Origin: an uncultured bacterium
Lineage (GTDB): Bacteria > Hydrothermota > Tepidihabitantia > Tepidihabitantales > Tepidihabitantaceae
Length of the DNA: 56,338 nt
NCBI GenBank assembly: GCA_965370805.1
Contig: CBDUVZ010000003.1
Location: forward strand, 1-56,338
Direction: 5' to 3'
Shown: piece after piece, positions 43,402 to 52,236 of the stretch
Layout: the number at the start of each line of letters is the position of its first letter
How positions within the stretch are numbered: the stretch's first letter is position 1
Notes under the pieces: generated by a model
Databases searched by the model: none
Told to the model about the DNA's origin: nothing
The model's input: the letters and a program-made list of their open reading frames with translations, nothing else
Program-made: the position numbers and the translations under genes

Positions 43402-46095
43402 GTGCAGAATGCAAGACATATCCTGACCGCAGCCCTGGTGCTGCTGGCAACGATGGCAGCACCGGCAATGGCGGACTGGGTCACGGCGACCGTACCGGCA
43501 GGCGACGCGCCCTGCGCGGCGGCCGTGAACCCGGTCACCAACCGAATCTATGTTGTCAACCGGCTGAGTTGCACTGTAACCGTTGTCGATGGCGCCGCGG
43601 ATACGGTTATCGCAACCGTGCCCACGGACAGCGCACCGAGAGCCGTCGCGATCAACCCGGTAACGAACAGAATCTATGTCGCGAACTACGAAAGCAACTA
43701 CGTTACGGTTATCGACGGCGTCACCAACGACACGACACTCGTACCTGCCGGGCAGTCTTCTCGTGCGGTGGCGGTCAACCCGGTCACCAATCGCATCTAC
43801 GTCGTGAACTACGCCGACAACAACGTAACCGTGATTGACGGCGCAACCAATGATACCACGCTCGTGCCGGCAGGCAACACGCCCTGTGCGGTAGCGGTCA
43901 ACCCGGTCACCGACAAAATCTACGTGTTGAACTACAACTCCAACAACGTCACAGTAATCGACGGCGCAACCAATGATACCACTATCGTACCCGTCGGTGA
44001 GATTCCCCTGTCAATCGCGGTCAACCCGGTCACCAACAAGGTCTACGTATCGAACTACTTCACTGACGACGTCACAGTAATTGACGGCGCAACCAATGAT
44101 ACCACAAACGTGCCGATCAGCCGTCAGCCGTGGTTCGTCGCCGTGAACCCGGCGACCAACAAAATCTATGCCCTGAGTATATTTCCCCCGGCCAGCGTAG
44201 TCGTAATCGACGGAACGGCGGACACGGTTATCGCCACTGTTCCCGTCGGCATGTTCCCGGAAATGGTCGTAGTGAACCCGGTAACCAACAAGGTGTACGT
44301 GCCGAACTATCACGACAGCACTGTCACCGTGATTGACGGAATCACGAATTCGGTCATCACGACAGTGCAAACCAGCGCCTATCCCAAAGCCCTGGCAGTG
44401 AACCCGGTCACCAACAGAATCTACACGGCCAATGAAGGAGGCGACGTATCGGTCATCAGTGGCAACTCGTTTCCACTCGACACGGTTCGGACCGGAAACT
44501 ACCCCTACGCCGCGGCGGTGAACCCGGTCACCAACCGCATCTACGTCGCCAACTTCCACGACCGCAGTGTAACCGTGATTGACGGCGCAACCGGCGATAC
44601 GACTCTCGTGCCGGCCGGCAATTACCCCTGCGCCGTCGCGGTCAACCCGGTCACCAACCGCATCTACGTCCCGAACTACCAGGGCGATAACGTGACCGTG
44701 ATTGACGGCGCGACCAATGACACTACGACTGTGCCCGTAGGCTTCACGCCCTACGCGGTGGCGGTCAACCCGACAACCAACCGCATCTACGTCGCCAACT
44801 CCGACGACAACAGCGTGACCGTGATTGACGGCGCGACTAACGACACCACACTCGTGCCGGCCGGCGACTATCCTCGTGCGGTGGCGGTCAACCCGACAAC
44901 CAACCGCATCTATGTCGCCAACTCCGACGACAACAGCGTGACCGTGATTGACGGCGCAACCAATGACACTACGACTGTGCCCGTGGGCTTCTCGCCCTAT
45001 GCGGTCGCGGTCAACCCGGTTACCAATCGCATCTACGTCCCGAACCGGTCGGGCAATAACGTAACGGTCATCGACGGTGCGACCAATGCGACCGACACGA
45101 TTGCGGTCGGCGCCAGACCGATAGACGTCGCGGTCAACCCGACAACCAACCGGGTATACGTCGTGTGCTGGGCGGGCGACTGTGTGACCGTGATTGACGG
45201 CGCGACCAAAACGGTCATTGCCACGATTCCGACCGGCGAGAACCCGGAAGCGGTTGCCGTGGACCAGGTGCGGAACGTCATCTACGTAGCGGCCCACGAC
45301 GACGACTACGTCACGGTGATCGACGGCGCGACCAACAGCAGCTTCGACGTTCACGTATCCGGCCAGCATCTCTACGATGTCGCGGTCAACCCGGTCACCG
45401 GCATCGCCTACGCTGTTGACCGGGAGGCCGACCACGTGGTCGCAATCGACCCGGTGCGGGTATGGGACACTGAAGTCAGGGCCGGGTTCGACCGTCTGCC
45501 CGGGGACACGACCCAGATGCCTGACCCTGTCATCACCGGCAAAGCGGTCAACCGCTGGACCCCGAACTCGACCCGGATGCTCGGGGCTATGGTCCAGGTC
45601 CAGACCGCGCACCAGGCCTGGGAATGGGCCGAGGTCGTTTCCGGCCAGGGCACGGACTCGATTCAGTGGCAGTGGAACTGGTCTTTCGGCACCGATACGC
45701 TCCGGATGGGTGAGAACTTCCTCTGTGCGGTCCCGCTCGAAACCCAGGCCGGGATTACCAACAACCTCGGGCTCGGCACCCCGTTCGCCGGCAACCTCGC
45801 AGTCTACCCGGTGTACCGGATAGAGCCATACGTCGGAACCGAAGACAAGCCGGCAAGCGCAATCCGCCGACCGATGGCCACCATCGTGCGCGGCGTCCTC
45901 AATCTGCAATCTGCAATCTGCAATCTGAAATCTGAGTTCGTCCTCCTGGACGTCTCCGGCCGGCAGGTAGCGGAGCTTCTGCCCGGCGCAAACGACGTCC
46001 GGCACATCTCGCCCGGCATCTATTTCGTAAGAGGAAAGGGGTCAAGGGGTCAAGGGTCCGAGGGTCCAAGTCACAAGGTTGTCCTGACTCACTGA
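43402..46095 (+). CDS. YVTN-repeat (about 17 x 40 aa) beta-propeller protein with T9SS C-terminal domain
   Basis: GTG start 5 nt after GGAGG; signal peptide. Repeats are AVNPVTNRIYV.N....VTVIDGATND.T..P.G..P.A. CTD: ...LLDVSGRQVAELLPGANDVRHISPGIYFVRGKGSRGQGSEGPSHKVVLTH. Confidence 0.9.
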   Translation: MQNARHILTAALVLLATMAAPAMADWVTATVPAGDAPCAAAVNPVTNRIYVVNRLSCTVTVVDGAADTVIATVPTDSAPRAVAINPVTNRIYVANYESNYVTVIDGVTNDTTLVPAGQSSRAVAVNPVTNRIYVVNYADNNVTVIDGATNDTTLVPAGNTPCAVAVNPVTDKIYVLNYNSNNVTVIDGATNDTTIVPVGEIPLSIAVNPVTNKVYVSNYFTDDVTVIDGATNDTTNVPISRQPWFVAVNPATNKIYALSIFPPASVVVIDGTADTVIATVPVGMFPEMVVVNPVTNKVYVPNYHDSTVTVIDGITNSVITTVQTSAYPKALAVNPVTNRIYTANEGGDVSVISGNSFPLDTVRTGNYPYAAAVNPVTNRIYVANFHDRSVTVIDGATGDTTLVPAGNYPCAVAVNPVTNRIYVPNYQGDNVTVIDGATNDTTTVPVGFTPYAVAVNPTTNRIYVANSDDNSVTVIDGATNDTTLVPAGDYPRAVAVNPTTNRIYVANSDDNSVTVIDGATNDTTTVPVGFSPYAVAVNPVTNRIYVPNRSGNNVTVIDGATNATDTIAVGARPIDVAVNPTTNRVYVVCWAGDCVTVIDGATKTVIATIPTGENPEAVAVDQVRNVIYVAAHDDDYVTVIDGATNSSFDVHVSGQHLYDVAVNPVTGIAYAVDREADHVVAIDPVRVWDTEVRAGFDRLPGDTTQMPDPVITGKAVNRWTPNSTRMLGAMVQVQTAHQAWEWAEVVSGQGTDSIQWQWNWSFGTDTLRMGENFLCAVPLETQAGITNNLGLGTPFAGNLAVYPVYRIEPYVGTEDKPASAIRRPMATIVRGVLNLQSAICNLKSEFVLLDVSGRQVAELLPGANDVRHISPGIYFVRGKGSRGQGSEGPSHKVVLTH

Positions 46096-46104
46096 GGTGA
46101 TATC

Positions 46105-47541
46105 ATGTTGAAAAAGCTACTCACGTCTGGTCTCCTGTCCGCAACACTCCTTGCCCTCGCCGCGCCGCTGACCGCGCAGACAACCTTTCAACGCGCCTAC
46201 GGCGGCCCGCGCAGCGACTGCGGCTACTCGGTAGCCCAGACCGCGGACGGCGGGTATATCATCACCGGCAGCACCAGGTCCTTCGGTGCGGGAAGCTACG
46301 ACGTCTGGCTCATCAAGACCGACGCATCGGGCGACACTCTGTGGACCCGGACCTTCGGCGGCGCGGACGGCGACTGGGGCCACTCGGTAGCACAGACCAC
46401 GGATAGCGGCTACGTCATCGCCGGTTACACCACGTCCTTCGGCGCCGGCGAGCACGACTTCTACCTGGTCAAGACCGACGCCAACGGCGATACCATCTGG
46501 ACCCGGACCTTCGGCGGCACACAGCTCGACTACGGCTACTCGGTGGCGCAGACCGCGGATGGCGGGTACGTCGTCACCGGCTATACCATGTCCTTCGGTG
46601 CCGGCGAACAGGACGTCTACCTGGTCAAGACCGACGCCAACGGCGATACCATCTGGACCCGGACCTTCGGCGGAGCAAGCAGAGACTGTGGCTACTCGGT
46701 CCGGCAGACCGCAGACGGCGGATACGCCATCACCGGCTACACCTGGTCCCTCGGTGCCGGCGAATGCGACGTTCAGCTCATCAAAACCAATGCACTCGGT
46801 GAAGCCATATGGACCCGGACTTTCGGCGGCGCGTACACCGACATCGGCTACTCGCTGGCGCAGACCGCAGACGGCGGGTACGTCATCGCCGGCTACACTG
46901 CGTCCTTCGGCACCAGCGGATATGACGTCTACCTGGTCAAGACCGACACCTCCGGCGTTACGATGTGGACCCGGACCTTCGGCGGCGCGGACTGGGACCA
47001 GAGCTCATCGGTGGCGCAGACCGCAGATGAGGGGTACGTCATCGCCGGCCGCACCAAATCCTTCGGTGCGGGAAGCTACGACGTCTGGCTCATCAAGACC
47101 GACGCGTCCGGCGACACCGTATGGACCCGGACCTTCGGCGGCACACGGAACGACTACGGCAAGTCCGTCCTGCAGACCGCGGATGGCGGGTACGCCATCA
47201 CCGGCGGCACCGAATCCTTCGGCGCCGGCGGCGAGGAAGTCTGGCTCATCAAGACCGACTCCGCCGGGACAATCGCAATCGCGGAGCCGCAGCCGCCGGT
47301 TGCCTTTGAGCCTGCCGCTGCCTCCATCGCCCGCGCCGTGCTGTTCCTGCCTGAGGCGTCCGGCGTCAAGCGTGGAGCGTCATGCGTCATGCTCGGCGCC
47401 TCCGGCCGCAAGGTCATGGACCTCACGCCCGGCGCAAACGACATCCGCCACCTTGCTCCTGGTGTCTACTTTGTGAGAGGAAAGGGTTCGAGGAGTCAAG
47501 GGTCCGAGGGTCCAAGCCGGAAGGTCATTCTGACGCGCTGA
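46105..47541 (+). CDS. Eight ~48-aa repeat (FGG...D.G.SV.QT.DGGY...G.T.SFGAG..D..L.KTD..GDT.WTRT) putative propeller protein with T9SS C-terminal domain
   Basis: Signal peptide; regular repeats. The CTD is closely related to that of the preceding gene (PGANDIRHLAPGVYFVRGKGSRSQGSEGPSRKVILTR). Confidence 0.85.
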   Translation: MLKKLLTSGLLSATLLALAAPLTAQTTFQRAYGGPRSDCGYSVAQTADGGYIITGSTRSFGAGSYDVWLIKTDASGDTLWTRTFGGADGDWGHSVAQTTDSGYVIAGYTTSFGAGEHDFYLVKTDANGDTIWTRTFGGTQLDYGYSVAQTADGGYVVTGYTMSFGAGEQDVYLVKTDANGDTIWTRTFGGASRDCGYSVRQTADGGYAITGYTWSLGAGECDVQLIKTNALGEAIWTRTFGGAYTDIGYSLAQTADGGYVIAGYTASFGTSGYDVYLVKTDTSGVTMWTRTFGGADWDQSSSVAQTADEGYVIAGRTKSFGAGSYDVWLIKTDASGDTVWTRTFGGTRNDYGKSVLQTADGGYAITGGTESFGAGGEEVWLIKTDSAGTIAIAEPQPPVAFEPAAASIARAVLFLPEASGVKRGASCVMLGASGRKVMDLTPGANDIRHLAPGVYFVRGKGSRSQGSEGPSRKVILTR

Positions 47542-47654
47542 CGGCTGAAGGCGGAGAGGATTGAGCCGTCGGATGGCACCTGCCTGCGACTGAGTGCCTT
47601 TCGTTCAGGGCAGGCTTTGTGGTTCGTTTCCGGTTCCCGGGTCCGGTTTCCTTC

Positions 47655-47682
47655 TTGACATTCTTTTCGGCTCGGCCATACT
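47655..47682 (+). promoter_or_regulatory. Candidate sigma70-type promoter TTGACA-N16-CATACT
   Basis: TTGACA at 47655-47660 and CATACT at 47677-47682, about 15 nt before the ATG at 47697, with GAGG in between. Sequence pattern only. Confidence 0.35.
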
Positions 47683-47696
47683 CTGAGGCGAGAATC

Positions 47697-47894
47697 ATGG
47701 TCAGGAATTGCGCGACACTCGAACAGTTCGAACTGGAGCAGATACGAAGCACCCGGCCTGACTTCAGGAAGAACCTGGCAATCGTCGAAGCCCTGTACCA
47801 GGAGGCGCTGAACCTTGGGGTCCTGCCGAGAAAGGACCCGCTGGAAGGGATTGAGACAGTCCTCAGAATCGCCCGAGTCGTCAACAGTGTTTGA
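47697..47894 (+). CDS. Small helical protein, putative partner (antitoxin-like) of the downstream nucleotidyltransferase
   Basis: 65 aa from the ATG at 47697 (MVRNCATLEQFELEQIRS...DPLEGIETVLRIARVVNSV). 8-nt overlap with the next gene. Confidence 0.55.
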   Translation: MVRNCATLEQFELEQIRSTRPDFRKNLAIVEALYQEALNLGVLPRKDPLEGIETVLRIARVVNSV

Positions 47895-48504
47895 AGCTCT
47901 GCTTGCCCGACTGGCCACCGAGCTCGGGCGGGCCGACATCCGGTACATGGTCATCGGCGGTCAGGCGGTCCAGCTCTATGGAGAACCCAGGATGACAAAG
48001 GACATCGATATTACCCTGGGCGTCGGAGTCGAGAGTCTGGATGCGGTTCAGGAGGTGGTTGTTCGTTCGGGCCTGCGGGTGCTCGTTGCTGAACCGGAGA
48101 AGTTCGTCCGCGAGACGATGGTCCTGCCGGCGCTCGATGATGCGACCGGCATCCGGGTCGACCTCATCTTCTCCTTCTCGGCCTACGAACAGCAGGCCGT
48201 TGTCCGGGCCCGGCCGGTCGAGCTTGGCTCCGTCACGGTCAACTTTGCCTCACTGGAGGACGTGGTTGTCCTCAAGGTTATTGCCGGCAGGCCACGTGAC
48301 ATCGAGGACGTGAGGGTCATCCTGCTCAAGAACCCGGATTTCGACCGCAAGTACATCGAGCACTGGCTGACCGAGTTCGACCGTTCCCTGGACGCCCGCT
48401 ACCTGGATGAGTTCCGGGGACTCGCCGCAGAAGCGACGCAAACGCCGGGGCAGGGTCGTGACGTCGGGCACGGCTCGACCGGAATCGGAAACGCGGTAAG
48501 ATGA
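47887..48504 (+). CDS. DUF6036-like minimal nucleotidyltransferase-fold protein
   Basis: GTG at 47887. IRYMVIGGQAVQLYGEPRMTKDIDITLGV is the GG...G..R.T.DID NTase signature. Second acidic motif RVDLIF. Confidence 0.7.
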   Translation: MFEALLARLATELGRADIRYMVIGGQAVQLYGEPRMTKDIDITLGVGVESLDAVQEVVVRSGLRVLVAEPEKFVRETMVLPALDDATGIRVDLIFSFSAYEQQAVVRARPVELGSVTVNFASLEDVVVLKVIAGRPRDIEDVRVILLKNPDFDRKYIEHWLTEFDRSLDARYLDEFRGLAAEATQTPGQGRDVGHGSTGIGNAVR

Positions 48505-48651
48505 CGGCAACCGGGTTTCCCGGATGGGCGCAGGGTATTGCCGAATGACAAGACCTGACCCGATTGTCCGACCCGGTCCGCAGAAGACAGCACTCAGAGC
48601 AGTATCAACCCCGTGCAGGCCCGGGCCTGCACGGACACCAAGGAGGTAAGG

Positions 48652-49083
48652 ATGATGCAGACAAGTCTCAAGGCAATCACGCTCGAGATCGAAAGGGTCA
48701 TCGAGAAGAACCTGAGAATCGAACTCCTCAAGGAACGCCGGACTCAACTCAGCAAGGAACTGGTGGCAATCGAGCAGCAACTGCGATTGCTTGCTCCGCG
48801 GACTGCCACGCCTCGCCGGCCGGTTCTGCGCAAGAAACCGGCCACACCTGCGCGACCCGATCACGGGCACGGGCCCGGAAACAAGAGCGTCCGGATTATG
48901 CTCATCGAAGCCCTGAAGCGGACCAGGCGGCCGATGACGGTCAAGGAACTGACCGCTACCCTGAAGAAAAGGGGCTATAGATTCAAGGCCGTTCAGCCGG
49001 AAAACACGGTGGACAACATGCTGCGGCTCCACAAGAAGCTGTTCAGAAGGACCGCGCCCAATACCTTCACGTTGATCCGGTAG
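48652..49083 (+). CDS. Coiled-coil + winged-helix (HARE-HTH-like) protein
   Basis: AGGAGG lies 5 nt upstream of the ATG at 48652. C-terminal IMLIEALKRTRRPMTVKELTATLKKRGYRFKAVQPENTVDNMLRL...FRRTAPNTFTL resembles HTH domains of the HARE/wHTH type. Confidence 0.55.
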   Translation: MMQTSLKAITLEIERVIEKNLRIELLKERRTQLSKELVAIEQQLRLLAPRTATPRRPVLRKKPATPARPDHGHGPGNKSVRIMLIEALKRTRRPMTVKELTATLKKRGYRFKAVQPENTVDNMLRLHKKLFRRTAPNTFTLIR

Positions 49084-49109
49084 CCGCAACCGGGAAGACC
49101 CGGGACACT

Positions 49110-49450
49110 TGAGCCGTCAGACGGCACCGGTGCTCGCGTAGCGGTCGGTCTTCCGACGAATGCAGAGCCCGGTTTCCGCCAGCCGTCTTTCGATTTCAGA
49201 TTGGTGATTGCAGATTTTGGAATGCGGCAGCCTAGCTGCCGCATTCCACATCCTTTTCTTCTGGTGCACTTGGTGGTTATTTCCCCTCTGCGGTTCTGCC
49301 TTCTGCGTTCTGCACTCTGATTTCTCCTTCCGTGTCCCTCCGTGGTTCCTTCCTCTTTGTGCTCTTGGTGCCTTGGTGTTTTTCCTCTCCGCTTTTCAGC
49401 CTTGGCGCACTTGGCAGTTATCTTCTCTGTCTTTGTGGTGAGATTCCCAT
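49110..49450. repeat. Intergenic word-repeat mosaic
   Basis: gccgtcagacggcacc; gatttcagattggtgattgcagatttt; palindrome ggaatgcggcagc-ctagctgccgcattcc. 49325-49405 is the reverse complement of 12-75. Confidence 0.7.
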
Positions 49451-49536
49451 GCCGGTCTTCGGGCGTGTTGCTTGTCTTGGCCGTTGAGTTGCGGTAAGCT
49501 TGCTTCGCGGGTGCTATCCGCATGAAAGCGAGTTGA

Positions 49537-52203
49537 ATGATGAGAAGGCTGTTCTGTGTTCTGTCGGTCACGGCGGCGCTGGTCTCCGCGGGCGAGACCG
49601 GCAAGATCGTCGGGCGGGTGGTTGATGCCGGAACGGGTGAAGGCCTGCCGGCTGCGAATGTCGTCATAGTCGGGGAGGAACTCGGAGCCGCAACCGACCT
49701 GGGCGGGACCTACGTGATTCTGAACGTACCGGTGGGCCGGTATTCGGTCGAGGCGTCGATGGTGGGCTTTCGCACCGTGACGATGACCGGTGTCCACATT
49801 GAGTCCGACCGCACTACCACGGTTGATTTCAGGCTCGATGAGACGACGATAGCGATGCCCGGAGTGGTCGTCCGGGCCGAGAAGCCGATGGTCTCCAAGG
49901 AGATGGTGGCGGCGCGGTATTCGGTTCAGGCCGAGCAGATACATTTCCTTCCCGGCGACCGGCTGGCCGAACTGGTGCTGTTCCAGTCCGGAGTCGCCCG
50001 GACCGAGAGCACGTTTCACGTCCGGGGCGGCCGGGCGACCGAAGTGGACTACCTGCTGGACGGCGTGAGTGTGGTTGACCCGCTGAACGGCGAGTTCGGA
50101 ATCGAGCTCAGCCGGGGTGTCGCCGATGAGGTGATATTCATGCCCGGCGGGTTCTCGGCCGAATACGGCCGGGCGATGTCCGGGGTTATCAACCTGATAA
50201 CCGTGAATCCCAGGCCACGTTTGGGCGCGGAGTATCGTCTCAAGTCCGAGAAGTCGATGCCGTTCTACTACGATTTCGGATACACGGACCAGGGCGTGCA
50301 GGTCCACGTCCCGGTCGCGCGGAACGTCAGGACGATGTTCAGCGGCGGCGTTACGACTACCGACGACTGGGACCCGAGGCTGTACAAGCTGCCGCACAAG
50401 AACCGGGCGGACTATGCGCTGTACGGCAAGGGTTTCTACGATGTCGGCGGCCGGTTCAAGTTCGCGGTGTCGGGTGCGGCTTCACGGACCCAGTTCGAGC
50501 GTTACAATTCCGCCTGGCAACTGCAGCTTGACGAGTACCGCTCCGACCTGCGGCGCGGGAACCTGATTGTCGGCAAGGCAACCTGGATGCCGAACAGCCG
50601 TTCGTTCTACACCGCGGGCGTGTCCCGGTTCCATACCGAGAGGGAACACGGCGTGCGCAAGCCCGGGCCGGTCCGGTTCTGGGAGGATTTCGGGTTCCGG
50701 GATTCGAGCGAGTACAAGGTTCCGAGGATGGACATCGACAACCCATGGGGAACTCCGTACGAGAACTGGTGGGCTTTCTATACGTTCGGCGCCTACGAGG
50801 AGTACCGGCGCAGTTCTTCCCGGGTCCGGACCGTCAAGCTCACGGGCAGCAACCAGGTGACTCTCAATCACCAGGTGACGGCCGGGGCAACCGGCGACTT
50901 CTTCACGATTGCCAGTGACTGGATGCGCTGGCCGGCCTGGAACGCGGTCCGCGACAGCTACGTCTTTGACCCTGTCACTTACGGCCTGTACCTGCAGGAC
51001 AAGATCGAGTACGAGGGGCTGTACGCGAATCTCGGGCTCAGGTACGACCGGTTCGACCCCGCGGATTCGGTTCGTGCCGACCCAGGTCAGCCGGAGCAAT
51101 GGGACCGCGTCCCGGCCCGGTCCCAGGTTTCGCCCCGGCTCGGGGTGTCGTTCCGGATAACCGACTGGCTTTTCGCCCGGACGAACTTCGGCTACTACTT
51201 CCAGGTGCCGCTGTTCTCGATGATGTACGACAACTCCGTGAACCCGGTCAAGCACCGGACGGTCTACGGCGATTCAATCGACCTGGTAGTCGGCAATCCC
51301 GAGCTCAGGCCGGAAAGGACGCGGAGCTACGAACTGGGACTGCAGGGTGAAGTCGCGGACGGCCTGCTGTTGACCGCGAACCTGTGGCGCAAGGATGTCC
51401 AGGATCTGGTCGGGACGAGGACCGTCCCGGCCATTCCAAGCAGCTACGTTACCTACGAGAACGTCGACCACGCCCGGCTGAGCGGTTTCGAACTCATCTT
51501 CGACGTGCGCGGCGACTGGTTCTCGACCAAGCTCTCGTATACCTATTCCCGGGCAATCGGCACCAGCTCCTACGCGAACGAAGCGTACGACGAGTTCATC
51601 AGCCGGGGGGACACGGCCATTCCCGCAGTCGAGTACGTCCTGGATTTCGACCAGCCGCACCGGGCATTCTTCCAGTTCGACATGGCGGCGCCGGAAGAGC
51701 CGACCGACTGGTCCTGGTTCAACGCGGTTCTCGACGACGCGGCGTTTCACCTGGTCGGGTACGTCGGCACGGGTTTCCCGTACACCGCTCCGGAGGAGAA
51801 GCGCGACCCGAGGACCTGGAATACGAGAACCGGCCCGCTCCGGTCGAACCTGGATGCCGTGGGTGTCAAAGGGCTGAAGTTCGGCGGGCTGGAGTTCGAA
51901 CTGGTGGTCGAGGTCCTGAACGTGCTCGATATCCGGGACGTGCTCTTTGTCTACCCGTCGAGCGGCAAGCCGGATGCGAGATACCCGGAGCCGCAGTATT
52001 ACGAGTTCGAGCGACAGGGAGCGCTGGCGATGCGGTTCTGTGACCCGGACTACGACCCGCGGCGGGACTACAATCACGACGGATACCTGGACCAGTACGA
52101 GGAATACCGGAGCACCTGGTTCTATCACCGGGCGACAATCGACTGGGTGAACAACTACGGCCCGCCGCGGCGGGCGCGGTTCGGATTCAGAGTGAACTGG
52201 TAA
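49537..52203 (+). CDS. TonB-dependent receptor with N-terminal carboxypeptidase-regulatory-like domain
   Basis: 888 aa; signal peptide. GKIVGRVVDAGTGEGLPAANVVIVG...GGTYVILNVPVGRYSVEASMVGF; plug domain; beta-barrel ending in the aromatic terminal motif ...RFGFRVNW. Confidence 0.9.
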   Translation: MMRRLFCVLSVTAALVSAGETGKIVGRVVDAGTGEGLPAANVVIVGEELGAATDLGGTYVILNVPVGRYSVEASMVGFRTVTMTGVHIESDRTTTVDFRLDETTIAMPGVVVRAEKPMVSKEMVAARYSVQAEQIHFLPGDRLAELVLFQSGVARTESTFHVRGGRATEVDYLLDGVSVVDPLNGEFGIELSRGVADEVIFMPGGFSAEYGRAMSGVINLITVNPRPRLGAEYRLKSEKSMPFYYDFGYTDQGVQVHVPVARNVRTMFSGGVTTTDDWDPRLYKLPHKNRADYALYGKGFYDVGGRFKFAVSGAASRTQFERYNSAWQLQLDEYRSDLRRGNLIVGKATWMPNSRSFYTAGVSRFHTEREHGVRKPGPVRFWEDFGFRDSSEYKVPRMDIDNPWGTPYENWWAFYTFGAYEEYRRSSSRVRTVKLTGSNQVTLNHQVTAGATGDFFTIASDWMRWPAWNAVRDSYVFDPVTYGLYLQDKIEYEGLYANLGLRYDRFDPADSVRADPGQPEQWDRVPARSQVSPRLGVSFRITDWLFARTNFGYYFQVPLFSMMYDNSVNPVKHRTVYGDSIDLVVGNPELRPERTRSYELGLQGEVADGLLLTANLWRKDVQDLVGTRTVPAIPSSYVTYENVDHARLSGFELIFDVRGDWFSTKLSYTYSRAIGTSSYANEAYDEFISRGDTAIPAVEYVLDFDQPHRAFFQFDMAAPEEPTDWSWFNAVLDDAAFHLVGYVGTGFPYTAPEEKRDPRTWNTRTGPLRSNLDAVGVKGLKFGGLEFELVVEVLNVLDIRDVLFVYPSSGKPDARYPEPQYYEFERQGALAMRFCDPDYDPRRDYNHDGYLDQYEEYRSTWFYHRATIDWVNNYGPPRRARFGFRVNW

Positions 52204-52236
52204 GGCGAATGACGAATGCCGAAAGCCGAATGACGA

